This document shows positions 45,724-59,900 of a stretch of 64,000 nucleotides of DNA, piece by piece. The translations under genes were made by a program, and so were the position numbers. This stretch comes from Asterias rubens. Its lineage: Eukaryota. The stretch is taken from positions 11,594,001 to 11,658,000 of the forward strand of contig NC_047081.1 of assembly GCF_902459465.1 (NCBI RefSeq), written 5' to 3'. The notes beneath the pieces were generated by a model. It made no database searches. It was given only the letters and a program-made list of their open reading frames with translations, and had not been told where the DNA came from. Every line of letters starts with the position of its first letter. Position 1 is the first letter of the stretch.

Positions 45724-46055
45724 GTTTTTGTTTTGCATTTATGGCTTTCCATAGTTTTCCAACCTGGCAAAAACTTGAGCTGTGACATTGCAATTGAAAG
45801 GTCTATGAAAATCAATTAGGGTCCAACTAAATAAACTCAAATAGCATACAGAAGATTCATTGTAAACAATTTTTATTTTTAACTTGCAGTTCATGTATGG
45901 AGACCCTCATCCTGGTTTACACAGAGCATGGTGCAAGAGGTCTATTCCGAGGGGTTAGCATCAACTACTTGAGAGCCATTCCTTCAGCCGCTGTGTCCTT
46001 CACACTTTATGAGAATCTAAAACAATACCTTAATATCAACGTAGACAGTAGGTGA
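41102..46055 (+). CDS. SLC25A16: Graves disease carrier / mitochondrial CoA carrier SLC25A16, ~301 aa, 9 coding exons
   Basis: Exons 41102-41156, 42282-42374, 42853-42986, 43326-43362, 43701-43822, 44267-44333, 44722-44884, 45402-45470, 45890-46055 (906 nt). Three carrier signatures: PLDRVK, YPLDMVRAR, YPLDVGRR. GDC-specific segments: AGCC, YQHLGV, GNGAMMVRTFPYGAIQF. Confidence 0.92.
41717..41881. mobile_element. Family B MITE (SLC25A16 intron 1)
   Basis: Same TIRs, with small internal duplications. Confidence 0.8.
42072..42203. mobile_element. Family B MITE (SLC25A16 intron 1)
   Basis: Near-identical to 17201-17332; flanked AAA/AAA. Confidence 0.85.
45693..45723. repeat. (ATT)n microsatellite
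   Basis: Seen directly. Confidence 0.95.
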
Positions 46056-46355
46056 TAAACAGTGTTTTGTTGGCTCAGAACTATAACGTCGTTAGTGATG
46101 TTTATATGGATTTCACAAAATTGGGTTTGCATATTTGGAGCTTCTGGTAAAGTGGAGTTAATTGATCAAAAGTGATCTCCCGAAGCAGTTGATTGGTAAA
46201 AAGCATTTGTTGAATCATCAAACCAGAGTGAACCAGTAAAGACCTGTATTGTCAATCCGGAGTCAAACTCTTTTGGATTATGCGTTCAAAGTGGTGCAAA
46301 ATTCTGTTCAATCCACTAATTAAATCTGTTTGTGACAAGTTGGTTACCAGACCAG

Positions 46356-46711
46356 CCTTCGGTTTCACCAAACTCTTCCTAACTTAGGATTAATCTAAGG
46401 ACTTAGGACGGGTTCGATTCCGTATCTAAATGCCTAGGACGCATTGAACCCATCGGAAGTTAGGACGGGTTACTCGTCCTAACTCGAGTTAGGATTAACC
46501 CTAGGGTTTCGTGAAATGGGCTGCAGGGCCCAATTTCATAGAGCTGCTAAGAAAATAGTGTTGAACACATTTTTGCTTGGCAGAAATGACACCAGACACA
46601 GATAAGATACATGTGACATTGTATTTTGGCTGATAACATAAACCTGGTAAGCATCATTTTGTTTTGCGTGGCCACTTTATTGTGCTAACAGCTCGTTATG
46701 AAATTGCACCC
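46356..46711. mobile_element. Adjacent family E (46356-46520) and family F (46526-46711) MITEs downstream of the SLC25A16 stop
   Basis: The two fold-back elements are joined at CTGCAG; family F is flanked CAG/CAG. Confidence 0.75.
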
Positions 46712-47982
46712 AGATCAAAGTAGTTTTAACCTGTGGAAGATATTTGCTGAAACCAGTTTGCACCCTGGGCGGTTTCTATTAATTTTAACATTCAAATGAC
46801 CAAGTGGCGACATTTTAATGGAGTGGGCATGATCAAAAGCGTAGCCTATACAACTTGTAGACTTAGTTTAAGACCTGGGATTGTGATTTTTTTTGTCTAC
46901 GTCATTTGATGTCAGGAAACCATAAAGGAAAAAAACACTTTTTTTGGTTTTAATAGTGCCAAGTAAAATTGTTTAAGGAAAACATGATGTCTTCCCTTGG
47001 CTCATAAACGCCAGACTATCAGAATATGTTGAATTAAGCTGAGACAAGGCTGAACCATTCCCATGGTTGTCAACGTTTTAATTTTTGTTCTTTTTCCTAT
47101 TGTGTTACAGAATATATTATGTCAAAGAAAATAATAATATAATTATTATATTTGGAACAAAGAACTTCTAAAGTGCAATGTAAATTATAAAAAGCTTTTT
47201 TTTTATATATAAAGCGCTATGCTGTGATATTTAATATCAATATGAAATAAAAACAATTACAAAGAAGAATTTGTTCTCATGATGTATTTATTGTGGTGGT
47301 GGTGGGGTTTTCACTATTTGATTTGTTTATGTTTGCCTATGGAGTTCTTATAAACCTCTCTGCTGCTAAGTGGCAGAGAGGTGTCTGGCATTTTGCCAAT
47401 AAAACGGCAATAATTATTTCTTTTCTTTTGGAATGAATGTTTGCTGTCTGAGGTGGGGACTACTGACTCATAAACCATCAATGAAATATGAATCATTCTT
47501 GTTTGTATTTTGTTTGATGGGCGGTGGTTCATTATTGCACCTGCAAACGCACATAGTGTGGTGTGCATGTGAACACCACGTCATTGCCATGTGCGTTGGG
47601 AATTTGTCATAAGATTGGAATGATGACAACAGAATTAGAACAGGTGATCCAAACACTAAACACCGCCCTCTCGTGGCGACGAGAAAAACAACTTAAAAAT
47701 ACCATAGAAAGCGAAAATAATAAAATACAGATGTGTGCACTAACTAGATCAGTCACAGTGACCTATAAGCTCGGAGTATGACTGGTTTTCTTGGTAAATA
47801 TTGTCGCTGAAAGGATGTCCAGCACCCTTTCCTGTTTTTGTTTTTCAGTTCAGAGGAATATGCAAATCAATCAATCGGAAAACCCACGCGCTGGTACCCT
47901 GCGTCTACCGTGCGTTTGCTGCTAGATAGACGCGAACCAGTGACACATTTTTAGCAGACGAGAGAGTAGGTGGTACTTACAA

Positions 47983-50900
47983 ATGGCCGACATGGCGGAC
48001 AGTGCAAGTGCGAGTGAGATCGAAAGCGACACGGACAGCATAAAGATGTCCGTGCCCACGAGGAAAGAGGAGTTGTTGAACAGAATTGCCTCCTTGGAGC
48101 AGGAGAATAAGGTCTTGAAGATTGAGCTGGAAACATACAAGATGCGCTGCAAGTCTCTGCAGTCTGAAAACCGCGACTTAAAAAGAGCGAGTGTGAATAT
48201 TGTAAGTCCATTCGATTGTGTTGAAAATTGTGCACTGTGCATGTTTCTGGTTGAAAATTGAATATTTATTATTTATCACAAAAAAAATTCAAACTGAAGT
48301 TTATGATTACTGTTTAGGAAAAGTTTCCGTATGGCGCCACCACTTTTTCATTCGAAATAAAATAATATAGTATCTATTTTACCTGATTGATATATCCCTT
48401 TTTGTAAAAATGAGTGAAAAAGTGGTGGCGCCATACGGAAAGTTATCCCTATTGAACACAGGGGACACAGTCTAGTAATACAATGTAGGTTGCTTACTTG
48501 TGACATATTGCTGTGTCGCTGGTGTCAACTGTGGTAAAATAAATGCTTGGAATTGCTAATTAAAGAACTTAAAATTAAATAGAAACAAATCGTGTGTGAA
48601 GTGATGATTGGCATGGGGATTGTAAAACTTGTAAATTGTATTGTAATTGTATTGATTGTTGACGATTCATTGTTGATGATTTGTGGGCAATTGGGGCAAG
48701 TTTTGACATGTTTTCTTTTTTGTATTTTGTTTAATATTGTTTATTATTGACTTGTTTCACGATGTGCGGTGCCTTTTTCCCCTATTTTGGGAGTCAAATG
48801 TAATGACTAAATACTTTGCTAATTTCGCGGAGGGTCGTTTCGTGTCTGTAGTAAGGAAGGGGTCAAACTCAAAGTTAGCCCATTTTTAATTGTTTTGTTA
48901 CTGTGATTGAAACTACAAAAAAATTAAAAGCTAGCTGAAAAGGTAAAAAAAAACATGAACACAAACAAATTCAGTACATTTAAGATCGCAAAAACTATGT
49001 ACATTAAAATAAAAGACGAAAAATTTTAGGTTAAGAAAATGTTCAGTCAGTTTGTTTCACCATGGAGGAAGAATGGTTTCACAGAGTGGTCAAGTAAATT
49101 GAACCATGGGGGATTAAATTAGGCAAGAGTTTGTTTGACACTGACAGTGTATTAAATAGAAATTGTACAGTCAATGCTAGACCCAGTGGCTGGGGAGCTA
49201 GATGACCGATAATGTCAAAATTTCGGAAAAAGGAATCTAACGCCCCAGTCACTGGGTCTAAGTCAGTGCCTACATCATGATGCTTTGTGACTAGGAGTTT
49301 CATCTTTGAAAGGGCAAGGCCTTAATTTCATTTCGCAAAAAGCACTTTCGTTGGAAAATCTATGGGAAAATTTGAAGGGGCACCAAAACCAGGGCAACAG
49401 AGGTCATTGCCTCCATGGGACCATGGCTTTTGTGTAATTCCATGTCTGTACACCATGTGCTACTTCCACTGCTCCTGTGAGTATGTGCTGATTGCGTGAT
49501 TTAGGTTTCACCCTCACTTTACACTAGCTTACCACATTGTTGAATTACACAAACTGGTTGGTGGAAGTCTAGAATTTGGGTTGGGTAAAATCCACTCGAC
49601 CCCAGAGCTTGTAACTAAAAATGTTAACTCGATTGGAATCTGTCTACAACACCAGAATTAAAATGAGAAAAAACTACACAGTTTTGTTTTTAACTAATGG
49701 GCTCGGCTCACAAGGGACAGGAGGTGTTAATTTGCTCAAAATCGTAAACAGATACAGAAACTTACATAATTATGTTACCAGGGAAAAAAAAATTTTGTGT
49801 GCTTAAATTCCCTGTCAATTTGAATTTGTTTTTCTTTTTCTAACTGTGCTTGGACTTCCCCCTCTGTTTTGCCTGAAGTTGGGAGGGCAGTTGCCTCCTA
49901 CCCCTCCCTCTGGGTTGTACACAGTATGCCTAATTCAGTTCACTAGTGCAGTCCTCAATCCATCAAAAACAAGTGAAACATGTTTTGGAAGGGTTGCAGT
50001 AAAGAACGTGATAAATGTCTATTTGGTTCAATGAACACCAATACTGTAAACAGAATCAGGGAGTTGAACTTGCAACAGTTCATGGTCTGTTCATTTAAAA
50101 TATAATTTAAATGACAAAGTGACGTCAATCCAGTTTGATTAACTTCAGAGATTAAACTCATGTTTTGTCTCTTTTAATATTTAATGAATTGATTGATTGA
50201 AAAAGACATAGTTTCTGACGTTGCTCCTAGACTGCCCTAAATTGTAGGAGGATACATGTAAGACTAGACAATGGTTTTAACCATTAAAATGAAATTTCAT
50301 TGCAGTGTGCTGTCAAGTTTGACCGGTGAAATGAAAACATACCTTGTTTGGAAAAAATATCATGAGAGTGATGAAACAATATGTTTTGATGTAAATAATG
50401 CTAACTGAAAACCACACCGCCTTCTTAAAGATGAGCAAAAATTTCTCAGTAGAAATTAAAGAAATTGTCTTGTAAAAATAGGTCCCATGATCAAATGTTT
50501 CTGATAAAACTACAATACTTTGTCTAGTAATATGTAGTAGAGATTTGCTTGGAATCCAAGCACTGAAAGACACAACCATGTTAAAATACTTTAATATAGA
50601 GGGGGGGTTTAATGGTTTTTATATGAATATTCATCTATAAATTTACATAAAGTGGTTCTCTCACCTGATCAAGCAAATGAGAAAATAACATCGTTTGTTT
50701 CTATGCATAATTGTTCATGTACATACACGTTTTTAGTTGTAAGCTTTGTACAAAAGCCTATGGGGCATTTTATATACATTAAAATAGAACAGTCTGGGTT
50801 ATTCATTTTATTGTGTTTGATAGAATACCATGGCCGTCTGCCAAGATTTTGACACACTTCTAACATTTGTTACCAGCAAATATCAAAAGAGTGTAGTAAG

Positions 50901-53900
50901 TAAGAAGACTTTAAAATTGAAGTGATAAACATCTTCATGAGAAATGACGCAGGGGCATCGTCGTACACCGCTAAATTAAGACACAAAAGAGCAACCTGTC
51001 CCACTCGGCCATGGATTAATTCAGTTTAATTTCCCATGGCATTATGTATCCTCTCCTGGCGTTAAGGGGTCACCATCAGGAGGTTCTTACTCAGTTGTTG
51101 TCCGTTGTTGCTTAGAGGGGTTTTGTAGTAAAGTCTAGAAGAAGATTGACTAGATAGTGAGAGGGGCTTGGTACAAACTGAAGCTGTTGTCATTTGGGGG
51201 TTTAAATCCCATCATCTCTGGATTCAGAGAGGGATCCGTATTTTACATTTTTGTCAAGGTGCATGGTCGCTCACTTGTCACGCTTTAACCTCATGTTTCT
51301 GAGTCGGATCGTCGGCAGAATTGGCAAATATTTGCTGTAGGCTTAAAAGCTAGGCAGGGTTTGAATTTCAAGACTTCTACCACACATTGCTCTGGAATCA
51401 ATTTTACAAGACCCAAAATATCTTCTTCTCTCTGTAGGTCTTTATCTAGATGTAAAAAATAAAAAATTTAAATAAAAACTAGCCCACTCAGCTGATTTCG
51501 GTTGGTAAATAACCAAAATTAGGGACAACGTGTTCACATTCTGAAAACTGGGCATGGTTTTTCACAAGTATTTTCTACTGATTGACTCAAAGCATTTAGT
51601 CCATAATTACATTTTGACAGGTTATGGTTGACCACAAAACATGAACACTGCCTGCGACCATTATGTCATTGTCAGCTCTACCAATCCTAATGCACACTCA
51701 TCTAGCAATTTCTCTTATGTATACAAAATGCTGCGCAAATTATATCAGTTGCTACTCAAAATTATGATTTGCTATTCATTGTTAACAAAAATACTTGACA
51801 AACTAATTCCCTGTGTTCCTTTAAATAACCTGTGACTCATAATGGTAGTACATTGTAATTATTAACACATCAGCGTCTAGAGCAATTATAGCTCCTAGAC
51901 CTGGTAAAGTCATCAGGAACACATGTCCAGCATGTATTGTTAGGCCTATAATGTACATACTGATGCTATGCAGCATGATCAAGGCCTTGACAGATTGACT
52001 GCATGGAAATGTCTTGCTTATCTAGGAGTGAATCAGTCAATTTCTTAGTAGGATTAATTGGAATTCGTTTCCAAGACCAACTTTTCCTGATTGTAACATC
52101 TTCATTTAAAGTATTTGGGTACTTTTTGTACAAAAAATGCAATATCCACAGATTTACATTAAACTTACACCGTTTAAAGATAATGATAGTAGAAAGCGTA
52201 CCCTAAAATATTAGTTGCTGAGGTGCTGTAGTTTTTGAGAAATGAGTAAAACAATGTCATGAAAATACGTTTTACATGTACAGTACATGTACATGCTAAA
52301 ATAATTGTTGTCTCATGATAACTGAGACGAAAATTATTGTGTTTTTTGTCCCACAAAAAGTACATGTCCCTTTAAATTATTTAACAAGAAACAACATATT
52401 GTGATGATCACAAGTCGCAGCTTTGTTATATTATTGTGAAAAAAGAAAAATGTGTGTACCATTTTCCATGAACATACATGTACTTGTACTCAGTCACTTT
52501 ATGTGTATACGGAACGGTTTATTTGTCATCTTGTTGTACATTGTAGTTCCGGTTTCTCTTTGAGTTTTGTTATGTTCGCTGGCCTTATAAGCAGCCGGCC
52601 TCATCATGTTTTTTGGAGGGTGACAAAATAGTGACAGGTGTTTACTTCATAATAATGGATTTTGGACTGGATTGTTGAGACCTTCCTTACAAAATGGCAT
52701 TGACCGTCAAGCCTTGTGCCTCCACAGAGATCACTTTGATATGGTTTGAATTGAAATATTTTAAAGAGCCAACCCAATCTATTATTCCTTTGTTGATGTT
52801 GGTCCTATTGAAAAATTGGCAGCCTACAGTAGGCCCTAAAAAAAATTGATATGTTAAAAAAATTTGAAGTCATTTTGTTTATAAATCCTGCCAAACACAT
52901 TTCTTTGATGGTTGAATATGAATAAAGTACATGTATGACTTAAAGGTGCAACCCAGCTACATGTATCATCAGATGTGAAAAGATTTGCCAATTTTAAAAT
53001 ATTCTGGTTTGCCTATTTTCCTAAGTCCCCTTTGTTCATGAAAATTGTCCTACCCAGTCTTACCTAGATAATCACCTAGAAGAAAACATTCCAAAGACGA
53101 CCTTGTTTCAATTGGTGCTTCCACAAATATGGGTCCAGAAAGCCCTACACTTTTGGAGAAACAAAAACCCTGTGAAGAACCCTGAGTGACAGTGACATGT
53201 ACAAAAGATGCATTACAGAAATTAAGAAAGATTACCTTGAAAACCTCAAGGTTGCTCGCTGTGGTTGTATGTTTTAGGCAAAGAATTGAAGAGGCTGAGA
53301 TCTGAGAGAACTAGATGTCAAGGATGTCAAGGATATCAGGCAATTTCGGTCTTGCTTCTTGAACCTGATGGTTAACAAAATAAGAACGTAAAAAAAAAAA
53401 TTAAAGAGAAGAATCATAAACCACTGCTTAGAAAAGACTTAAAAGATGCAGAGTTATGAGAGAGTACAAGACAGACAATATTGTAAAATTTGATTTAAAA
53501 TTATCTAATTGATTTAACATCTTTATTTGATTTATAATACATATGGGGTACTAAAAAATTGACCACAACAAAAACTCAAGATGCGTGATGCCCAGGACAC
53601 ACTGTTCTTTTTTGATCTAAGATTTTAATAGAAATACTTTAAGATGCAGAGCTGAGATGGAGACAGGTGCCTCCTTGGTCTCCTCCTATTATCATCAACA
53701 TCTTTAAGAGATCCACTTCTATCAGTCTCAAGCACTTATTGCCTCAAGCGGGACAGGACATTATTGAGGTCTATTGTGAACTCAGACATTGATCAGTTTC
53801 AACTGGAATAACATCTCCCCAGGGGTGGGGGGATTGGGTTGAGTTCTCCCCTGGGAGATGGAGGAAAGTGTTCTCCTCAAAATGTCAACTTGTAGCGCCT

Positions 53901-56900
53901 TGATTTGCTTAGATTGTCAAATGAGGTGCAGTGCAATGAGAGAACGAGTCTAAAAAGTTTAAATATAATTTGAAGATCGATGATGTTGCTCGTGAAAGGA
54001 AATTGGTATGCAATGTACAATGGCTTTTTCCATCGAGACTTCAATCCTTCTTGAATAATGTAGGAGCTAGATTGAGGCTGGTAAATAAAATAGTCTGGCC
54101 CATTTTCTCGAAGTAAAATAACTGAGTGAAATCGATTTTGTTTTATTTTTTTTATTTTATTTTTTTTTAATTTGTTTTTATACGTTAGATCAATCTCGCA
54201 AAAGTCATACAGATAAAACCATTTAAAACCAAGCATAAACGCACAGTGAAAAACATTTTAAAGACCTTGGTCCATTAAATTCAGCTTCCTAAGCCGTAAC
54301 TGAAACAATTTCAGTCCAGAATCTAAGAAAAATCCTGTCGAGAACTCATCAAAGACTGGAAAAGTAAAAACATTATATCAAATTCTCTGTTCAATTTCCG
54401 TGAGTACATTCAATTTTCGGGATGACTAGGCAGTTTATGCCTCCTATAAAATTCTTGGAACGTTTCACATCGTATTCATGTAATGTATACATGTACATGT
54501 ACATGTATCCATGAAGCATACATGTTGTACATCTAGCTGCCAGTGGGAAAAACAGACATCTGAACAAATACAGGGGTGGCAGTGTTGAATATTATTTTTT
54601 GGGTTTTGATGCATCTGAGAGGTATTGATTTCACCACTCTGTTCAATATTGTGGTTACAAAAAAGTACTATTTTACATGTGTAACAAGTATTTTTTGGGG
54701 TGTTTATTTTCGCAATTTAATGTTTAGGCCCTAATAGGTCTTGAATTTTATCTTTGAAAGAGCCTAAAGTTGCAATGAGGTTGTACCTTTAAGATGTTCC
54801 CCATCTGTTCCCAAAGAGAACTTTGTTTTACCCCCATTTACATGTGTTAAGGGCACTTCTAATTGGAAAATCTTAAAGTCTATGAGAGCACCAAGGCCAA
54901 GACCAGGGTAACAGAGGACATGGCCACTGTGTATTATTCACTGCTACTGCTACCCACATAAGGAGGAGAGCATCTTTCAGTCGTTGAAGTCTTGATTCTG
55001 GGGCACCAAACCAGCTGGGCAACATATGCCATGGCCGCCCGGGCTTCCTGGTATTCAGCTTTTGTTTGCTTATCCTGAAAATCACATGGAAATTTGGTTG
55101 GTAAACCTGTTTTTATCAAGGAAGAAATTTCATGCTAAGCAAATTTTTGTGCTTAGCAGCTCTATGAAATTGGGCCCAGGACTGTATTTGCAAACCCAAG
55201 TCTAAATGCTGCGTATAGCATTTTGTTTGTTTGATGAGCATGAGATCAGAATACTCAAGTTACACAACATTTTCATTAATTGTTAGATATCGACCGATGA
55301 AGCCTGTAGGCAGGTGCCTAATTAAGCAAACTAATTGATTCTTCTCATTAGAAGATTAAATTAATTATCTTTATCTGTAGTGTAGTATGATTCGGAGATA
55401 ATGTAGTTAGTGAGTACTCCATTTAAGATGGGATTTACATCTGGGAGTAGAGTCTGACTCTCTTCAGATTTTCAAGGAACTTTCAAAGACTCATTTGCTT
55501 GAATCTTTAATTTTGTAACTATTTCTTTTAATATTTCATAATTGATTTACTTTTACGTAAAGAGGTCAGGCTATGTATGCACTAATGTCTTGACAGGCTT
55601 GTATTCCTCTTACTTATTATTATTATAATCCAGAGAAGGATTCTGCACAATACAGGAAAATGGGGATGCTGTTTGTAAAGAAGCTCTTGTAATTTTATAA
55701 ACAATGCTAACGCTGTGTCCATTATGAATTTTTTTTTTTGCCGAATGTAGAGCATGAAATCACGAGGAAGACATAGTACATGTTTTTTTTTTTTTTTTTG
55801 CACTGCTGGAGAACAACCAAGGGGGAATATTTTTATTGGAGCAAGCGCCATGAGCACTTTTTGTCATTATTATTATGTACTTGAAGCATTGTAGCAGGAT
55901 TTCTCCTGATTTCAGGATATGTTCATCAGTCTTCCGGCAACTTCAAATGCACTGTGTGTCAGGGAATGGTTTCATCAGCAATTTAATTCGATTGACCTTA
56001 TTTTGTGCACACTGAATGCCAATATTGAGTAACAAATCATGTTTTTTGAGTAGCAACTGATACATGTGTTGCATTATAAAATTGTTCTTCTATAAAAGGG
56101 AAATCTTTTGCTGTTGAGTATACAGACAAAATGTAGCAATACAAAACTGTTATGATTCCTTGCTCTGACTGATAATGTACGTAATGTACGTTTGTAAAGT
56201 AAATGTCTGTATACGATGCCAATGGCCGAAGGAAAAAGAATTCACAGAATTTTGATCGGTGATAAGACCTAGCAAATATTTCCGAAGGCATTCATGAAGA
56301 CGCGTATAACCTTTCCATCTTGCCAACAGTGGATTGCTTAGAATTTGTTATTTTGGCTTCAAGAAGGTTTCCGCATCCCACAGTTAAATTTTTTTCAAAA
56401 CACGAATTCAAAATGTTGTGAAGATGGAAAATGAAGTACAGATTTTATACTGTCGGAGTGTCCCAAAATTATTCCACGGCATAGATGATACATGTACCTT
56501 GTGATTTTGCTGCCGTGCCCTTTGCAAAGATCCAATACAAGTTTACATGTTTCCTCATATTGGGGAAGTGCTTCTTATTGGCAGAGAAAGATTAATCTGC
56601 TCCTTCAAGATCAAAGTACATGGTACATGTACGTACAAGACCTTTATCTACTGTAAAGGCCACATAGGTCTGGAATTACACTGAGACCATGGCCTCCGTT
56701 GCCCTGATCTTGGCCTTTGTGCCCCTTCAAAAGTTTCTCATTAGATATGAGATGTTCGAATGGAAAAGCCCTTTACAAAATGCAAATGTCCTTGCCCTTT
56801 TCTAAGACGTAATTTCAGGCCTGCATGATGTACCTCTAGCACCGATTGGTTATCCATGGTAACAATGTCTCGTATGAAATGCATGTGTAATGTACGTGTT

Positions 56901-59900
56901 TTTTGTCAAGTATGCACCATGGACTGGGATTAAGTGATTAAATAAATACAGAATTAGGAATTCAACTGTACATTGGACACTAAACAACTTGTACAATGTG
57001 CAACGTAGTATACATAATCACTTGTTTGCTTGAATGCTACAACACGTTGGACTTAATATGCGCAGAGAAAGGGCAATAGTCTGGAAAACATTATCGGCAG
57101 CGAAGATTCCAAGGAAAATTAAAGACAAGATGATAGATACTGAGATGGTTTGATGAGGCGGAGATTAATATGTGAAGAGGTGAAGATGGTTTGATAAGGT
57201 GAAGAAAATTACAGGCATGCCACTCATCATGGCAGCAGCCCACATCATGTACATGTATGTGTACTGTACATCATGTACGTGTACTGTACAATGTATGTCG
57301 TGTACATATGGTACTAATCAGGTTTTCCCTTTGAACAAGCGACTGGGCCGCTTGTTTTATTTATTTATTTATTAATTTTTTGCAAGGATTGACAAGGAAA
57401 AATACACACAAACATAATCGGAATGGGGGAAGAGCTGCTCGTCTCATAAACTAACTTAGAATAAACCAAATTGCGCAGTAGTTCTTTTAAAACCAAGAAT
57501 AAACAGTAGGCCTAAACACCATCTAGAAAACAGTCTGAATGCCTCATATGTAGAGTATGTAGGGTCTGTATTGTGAACTACAGTTGTATACACCGTAAGA
57601 CCGTGGAGGTAGAAATAGATTTCTACCTCCATGGTAAGACACAATGTACTGTTGCATCTTGAAGTTCCAAAGACATTTCATCATGTCGTTGACCACTTAA
57701 CCCAGCGGGGACTCCATGATGCGATCACCATGAGCACCACCTCCAGACATTAAACAGAATGAGAAATATCACACCAGGGTTCTTTGGGAACCTTATTACC
57801 TCATCCTTAACTCCTCTGTCAAGATTATAGAGTAACCATGTTGTATTTGACGAGGCAGTAAACATGCATTAGGTTCATTAGGATGAAGGCATCTTGTAAA
57901 TATTGCAGACATGATTCACTGTTTCCCAGTAAAGGAAGTTTAAAGAGACTTGTGACTATCGACTTGTGAAGAGAAGGGCTTGAAATTTCCTGTTCTTAAT
58001 ATCTCTCAGAACTCATCAAACAAAAAGTTCTATCAACCCAACTATGATCTTCCACATCCTCTCACCTTCAACTGATGCCTGGTCCTTGTGTGAAAACACG
58101 CGACAGTGATAAAACCTTCTCTTTGGCTCTCCAAATTAATGGAACACTCTCCCTCCCAAAATTAAAAATGTTTCTTCCTTACAAACATGTTGAATACTCA
58201 CTTTTTCAAATCTATGTAGTAACCCCATTCTGCAGCTTGTTATTGCGATAATCTTGGAAGGCAATTGACAGATAAAGATGTTACACAATGAGGTATTTTG
58301 TTTCGCCGTGTCATGACATGTGTTTATAACAAATCCGTAATTCTCGCTAACAAGAATTTATATTGTTTTACCGTTTTCTCAAAAAGTAAAGCATTTCATG
58401 GACTAATATTTCAAGAGAAGTCTTTCACCATTACCTTCTGTAAACCCTGTAAATTATTTGTAAATCTGTGAACTTTTTTTTTTTTTTCCTGTACCGAAAG
58501 GGTCCAATGGCTTTAAAGGAACACGTTGCTTTGGATCGGTCGAGTTGATCTTTGAAAAGCGTATTTAACCGTTTGTTATAGAATGCATATGATTAGAAAG
58601 ATATTTTAAAAGTAGAATATAATGATCCACACAAGTATCACTCGAAATTACGTGGTTTTCCTTTTACCTCATCGACAAACACAGTCAGCCATTTATGGGA
58701 GTCAAATTTTTGACTCCCATAAATAGCCGACCGTGTTAGTTCTCAAAGTAAAAGGAAAACCACGCAATTTTGAGGCAAATGTGTGTGGATCATTATATTC
58801 TACTTTTAAACATCTTTCTACCCATGCATTTAATAACAAACGGTTACAAACGCTTTTCAAAGACCAACTCGACTGATCCAAGGCAAAATCACAGTGGTGC
58901 AGTGTTCATATCTAGTCCTGTTACTCCATAGAGAAAGGTTACTGAGATCAGGAATATCTGGATTTATTGTACACAGTGCCCCTTTACATTATTGTTCAGT
59001 GCCCCTTTAAAGCTCACATTGTAAGTGGGTTGATGCCCCAGTTTCACAGCACCGGCTTGAGTTGAGTGTTGTGAAGATCATACTCCTACGTCTTCTGACC
59101 TTTTGCCTGACTAATGTTTTCTGCTCATTAGTGCCGTACATGTACAGATCATGTTCAAGAGGTTTTATGAGCGTCACGCTGCAGCCAGCTACGTCTAGTC
59201 CCTGTGTGTTTCTCATGTTAATAGTACAAAGTACTGGAATAGGGCCAGACTACCTGTCACCCCATATCTGATTATGGTCACATTAAATTATTGTAAAGTA
59301 CAGATTGACAGATGGTAAATACCAAGAAACTAGGATTACAAAGTGGCAATACTGATAGTTGTAGACACACACACTCACACTGTTATTGTTACTTGCTGTT
59401 GGTGTTTTTTATTTGTCTATTGTCATGATTGTAAAGCTGTTGTTTTGTTTCGTTTTGTAGTCTGTTCCTTGACAAGCCCCCCCCCCCCCAATAAAAACTT
59501 AACAACACCAAGTAGAAATCATTCAGAGGAATTTGTTATAATTTAGTTATTTCTTTGGCCGAAATTTTGGTTCAGACTTCCCCAAGTTTTAACAAATCCT
59601 GGGAACCCTTAAGTTTCATGAACTGCTTCTTCAAGTCATTAATTTCTTATTTCATTTCTTTGCATCACAGCAAGCCCAGGCTGAGCAAGAAGAAGAGTTC
59701 ATCAGTAATACCCTCCTTAAGAAGATCCAAGCTCTCAAGAAAGAGAAGGAGAAACTAGCCGTCAACTACGAGCAAGAGGAAGAGTTTCTTACCAATGATC
59801 TGTCCAGAAAACTAGTTCAGGTAACTGTAAATTATTTTATCAGAAAGATCAGTAATAAATAGCGAATAATTCTCTGGGGTTTCCCCTCCCACATCCAAAA

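Noticed and set aside
53000-53870. Nested gene or retroelement ORF in CCDC6 intron 1
   Set aside because: Composition hints at decayed coding DNA, but no motif or open frame could be supported by eye.
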